A stretch of 64,000 bases of DNA from Methanoregula sp. Its GTDB lineage: Archaea > Halobacteriota > Methanomicrobia > Methanomicrobiales > Methanospirillaceae. The notes under the pieces were generated by a model. The model did not search any database. It was not told the origin of the DNA and was given only the letters and a program-made list of their open reading frames with translations. How positions within the stretch are numbered: position 1 is the first letter of the stretch; every line of letters starts with the position of its first letter. The stretch spans positions 5,977 through 69,976 of the forward strand of contig NZ_JALOCH010000013.1 of assembly GCF_023227875.1 (NCBI RefSeq), written 5' to 3'. Below, in pieces: positions 60,912 to 64,000 of this stretch. A program made the translations under genes and the position numbers.

Positions 60912-61069
60912 GGGGTGATAGCTTTGAGCCGCTTCATTGTTTCGCGGTATTCCGCCTCATCAATCGCAGATGAGATCTTTCCCCGGGTAACCGCACCGCC
61001 ATAGGGGAGCATCCCTCTCTGGTAGGGTTTCCCGATTACCTCTTCCGGTTTGAATTTTTTCGCTGGCAT
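60908..61069 (-). CDS. Small 53-aa putative antitoxin coupled to the PIN gene (not in the ORF track)
   Basis: MPAKKFKPEEVIGKPYQRGMLPYGGAVTRGKISSAIDEAEYRETMKRLKAITP*; ATGA overlap with the PIN start. Confidence 0.65.
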   Translation of the reverse strand: MPAKKFKPEEVIGKPYQRGMLPYGGAVTRGKISSAIDEAEYRETMKRLKAITP

Positions 61070-61129
61070 TTTTGAGAACTCCTGTACTATCGGATTGGTA
61101 TGGTGAATCTGATAATGGTTGTGTTGGAT

Positions 61130-61300
61130 TCACTCAATAGAGGCTATCTCCCCTTTTAGGAGGACATCGGCAAAATAGTAAATGTGGATATTGGTATCAA
61201 AGAGGTACCGTTTCACGTCCGTTCCCATTCCTGCCGCAGGCACATTAGTTCACGCTCGAAATCCAGTTCAAGATTGCGATAAATTCCGGAAGACTTTTAG
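61130..61300 (-). pseudogene. Remnant vapBC pair
   Basis: Antitoxin-like tail GIYRNLELDFERELMCLRQEWERT* overlaps the PIN N-terminus KRYLFDTNIHIYY, which stops after 32 aa. Confidence 0.5.
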
Positions 61301-61545
61301 GATATGGAGTTATAACAGGGGGCCTCCTGTACCCGGGCAATGAAAAATGATGATATCGCTTCAAAATTGAAAAAAACTAAACGATTATACGCGATTCTCT
61401 TTTATAAGGCGCTCCATTATCCCGCTGCCAACCGTATTGAAATCCTTCCAAACGCCAGTCCTTCCGTTCTTTGATAGTATCCCCGCTTCCCTTGCGTATA
61501 ACTCTGGATGAACCGGACCTTGAGTCTGCACGGCCGAACGCCTCG

Positions 61546-61965
61546 CTATTCCGTACTGATCCTATCGTACACTATTCGTGCCGATTCCACGACGATTCCG
61601 GCAGACTCTGCATTATAGATGCAACCATAATCGGCACCTTCCCTGAGATCCATGGCAAAGGAAAAATGATCCAGTACATCCGGCCCGAGTTCCCCCTCAT
61701 CGACCAGCAGTGCCTCGACTGCATGCCTGAGGCACCGGTGGCTCTTTTCGCGGTAACCTTTCGCAAATATCCGGGATCTCAACGAGTGGAAGAGTGAATA
61801 ATATCCCTGAATGATTGCCCACTTCACCTGGTTTTGGCCAAGCGAATGTTCAGCCGCCACGAGATCCGCCGCTGCTTCCTCGCGTTCTTTTTCTACCAGC
61901 GCGGGATCGACCGGGATTTTTACGATCTTTCCCCGTTCGAGACATTCCTCAAACCGGTACCTCAC
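61546..61965 (-). CDS. HEPN-domain protein (MNT-HEPN pair)
   Basis: ADLVAAE..AIIQGYYSLFHSLR..YREKSHRCL..LREGADY. Confidence 0.87.
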   Translation of the reverse strand: MRYRFEECLERGKIVKIPVDPALVEKEREEAAADLVAAEHSLGQNQVKWAIIQGYYSLFHSLRSRIFAKGYREKSHRCLRHAVEALLVDEGELGPDVLDHFSFAMDLREGADYGCIYNAESAGIVVESARIVYDRISTE

Positions 61966-62507
61966 AGCATCTCACCTGCAAGAAGTTTTCCTGTGCGTAT
62001 CCTTTCGAAGAACGGGCGGTCGCGGGTCCGGAGCTGCTGTGCCTCATCTGGGGATACGAGAACCGGAGAGATTTTCCGGGAAATGGTGTCACCACACCGT
62101 GAGATGAGGTCGGATACTTCCGGCCGGTTGGCAGTTTCGATATAGAGATCGATATCGCTGTCGGCGGTATCTTCTCCGGTAGCGCAACTCCCGAACAGGA
62201 TCATCCGTATAACGAGTCCCTTTCCGGCAGCGATGAGGGGGGAAAGTTCTATCAGGGTTGCAAGGATCTTTGATTCCCGTACGACCGGATGGGCGATATC
62301 TGCCCGGAACAGGAGCGTTCTCCCTTTCCGTTCGCTTGTTACGAGACCGTATTCTTCCAGTACCCGGAGATACCCGCTCGCAGCACCGGTACTCAACGGA
62401 AGGATCCTGGCGATCTCGCGAACATAATACGAGTTGCGGTAATTCCGGCCAAGAAACGTGAGAATTACAAAAGAAGGGGTTTCCAAGATGTTCATTTTTT
62501 TGAACAT
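61962..62507 (-). CDS. Winged-helix plus minimal nucleotidyltransferase (MntA-type antitoxin)
   Basis: YYVREIARIL..ASGYLRVLEEYGLV; ILFGSCATGEDTADSDIDLYIE. Confidence 0.87.
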   Translation of the reverse strand: MFKKMNILETPSFVILTFLGRNYRNSYYVREIARILPLSTGAASGYLRVLEEYGLVTSERKGRTLLFRADIAHPVVRESKILATLIELSPLIAAGKGLVIRMILFGSCATGEDTADSDIDLYIETANRPEVSDLISRCGDTISRKISPVLVSPDEAQQLRTRDRPFFERIRTGKLLAGEML

Positions 62508-62525
62508 ATGTTCATTATTATGAAC
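62490..62525. promoter_or_regulatory. Tandem palindromic operator at the MNT-HEPN start
   Basis: GTTCA-N6-TGAAC twice (62490-62505 and 62510-62525). Confidence 0.5.
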
Positions 62526-62867
62526 GATATTATTTAGCAGTTATGATGCATCCTTAGGGAGAACGCTCCGGTAAGGCACCAGATGAGATTATTCATTTCG
62601 ATACACTATGTGATCATCACCGGTTCCACCCGGCGCGGAAAACCCGCGAGCCGGGCATAGTGCCGGTACCTGTTGGTGTTGTATAATGTACATTCTATGG
62701 TGCATTGCAGAAGGGTATACTGTACTTCCTATTCATCTGAAAAAATCCCGCGCTGATGATAGTACAATGCGGTATATCACTGGAAGATACCACGGATTGT
62801 ATACAAATTTACCTATTGCATAAGACGATCCATATACTGCACCGCCCATACCGTTCTCCCCGGCCAA

Positions 62868-62894
62868 GTATTACCAAAAAAAAAATCGTAAAAT
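62868..62894. promoter_or_regulatory. Candidate NikR-type operator upstream of the terminal DUF3344 gene
   Basis: GTATTAC-N13-GTAAAAT (12/14). Confidence 0.35.
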
Positions 62895-63022
62895 CAAATG
62901 CTACAAATTTTTAAAAACGTATTAATAGATCTTACGCAAATGAGATCGTGTTCGCAACCGGTTCAGCTGATGATTATGCACGCATATCCGTTGCCGGTCC
63001 CGCGAGCAAGGAGAATCTCTCA

Positions 63023-64000
63023 ATGCAAACAACAAGAACAGAATCAAGACTCGGCAGGTTTTCATACCTGCTCAAGGGCGGAGCAAAGCCGCGCAGGAAC
63101 CACATATTCATCATCGCGCTGGCACTTATGGTGCTCCTGTCGTTCGCCGGCGTGGTGTCGGCGGACAACTACTGGCTGGGCACACCGCCGGTAACAGGAC
63201 CACACGGCACGGTGAATGGCGACGTCGATGTCAAGTTTGCCGACACGTGGAAGACTGACAACCCGGCTACTAACGACAACACAACAGCGACATTTACCGG
63301 TCTCACTACCTCAAATGTCCAGTTCGCACGGCTGTATGTTATGGTGTACACCGGGAACATGACGGAGAACTGGACCGGAACGGAGACTATTACCCTGGTC
63401 CCAAGCGGGGGTGCCCCCGTAGTCCTTGCAAACGCGCAACCACTGGATCTCGATTACGCCAGGGAGGTTGGGGCGTATTTCAACACGTCAGTCACAGCAC
63501 CCTTCATTACAACGGGTACTGGATTAGGCCGTGTAACAAGTGACTATATCTCAGTCTTCGATGTGAAGGACTACATCACCGCCTCGGACATGACGGTGTA
63601 TATCAACACGACCCCGGCCGACGGATTCCCAAGGTTTGACGGCCGCGTCAAGGAAGCCCGCCTTGTGTACGGCTGGGATGTGGATTCCGGTTCAACCGGT
63701 TGTACGGAGTACTGGATCAATGAAGGCCACGATCCGGTGACCAAGAACCTTGAAGACCCGTACACCGCGAACTTAACTACGTTCGGTAGTGTGTCCCATG
63801 CAACCAACTACACCGCAACGTTGTATGTGGATTATTCGGCAACATACTTGGGGAACGGCACCTACACATGGAACGGTGTTGACATCTCGAAGGGGACGTC
63901 ATATGCACCCACGATTACCCCTGGGTATTACGCAGGAACCAATAAGTGGACCTGGAATGATCTCAGCAGCGGCCCCGGCCTCGCGAGCGGCAACAATGTT
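63023..64000 (+). CDS. Secreted DUF3344-domain surface protein, truncated by the window end (not in the ORF track)
   Basis: AAGGAG RBS; MQTTRTESR..IIALALMVLLSFAGVVSA|DNYWLGTPPVTGPHGTVNGD..ARLYVMVYTGNM..FDGRVKEARLVY..YWINEGHDP; open to the end of the window. Confidence 0.8.
   Translation, partial: MQTTRTESRLGRFSYLLKGGAKPRRNHIFIIALALMVLLSFAGVVSADNYWLGTPPVTGPHGTVNGDVDVKFADTWKTDNPATNDNTTATFTGLTTSNVQFARLYVMVYTGNMTENWTGTETITLVPSGGAPVVLANAQPLDLDYAREVGAYFNTSVTAPFITTGTGLGRVTSDYISVFDVKDYITASDMTVYINTTPADGFPRFDGRVKEARLVYGWDVDSGSTGCTEYWINEGHDPVTKNLEDPYTANLTTFGSVSHATNYTATLYVDYSATYLGNGTYTWNGVDISKGTSYAPTITPGYYAGTNKWTWNDLSSGPGLASGNNV

Noticed and set aside
1-64000. CRISPR array, tRNA or rRNA
   Set aside because: No regularly spaced repeats, cloverleaf or rRNA-conserved motifs seen

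Overview
This is archaeal sequence, most consistent with a Methanomicrobiales-type methanogen (inferred from DUF3344/PEGA surface proteins, FmdE, archaeal NikR and CooT/CooC). Almost the whole window is one trace-metal (nickel/cobalt/tetrapyrrole) acquisition island. It holds three Nik/Opp-type ABC importers, two FecCD/BtuCD-type importers, four class III binding proteins (three of them tandem and Cys-rich), six SAM methyltransferases inside transporter operons, three DrrAB-like ABC-2 exporters, a CooT-CooC-DUF4198 trio and an FmdE protein. A CobN/BchH-family chelatase and a ChlI/D-type AAA+/VWA subunit are bracketed by two outward-facing, about 91% identical nikR copies. A DUF3344/PEGA/CARDB surface-protein operon carries a MacB-type ABC system. 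After it come an apparently catalytically dead IS1595-type transposase gene behind a perfect operator-like palindrome, a cluster of toxin-antitoxin modules (some broken), and the start of another DUF3344 gene. The best candidate for an undescribed system is a NikR-linked metallo-tetrapyrrole (F430/corrinoid/haem) capture, (de)chelation and export pathway; this is an inference from gene content. I saw no rRNA, tRNA or CRISPR array. Several small or frameshifted genes absent from the ORF track were read by hand. No database searches were run.
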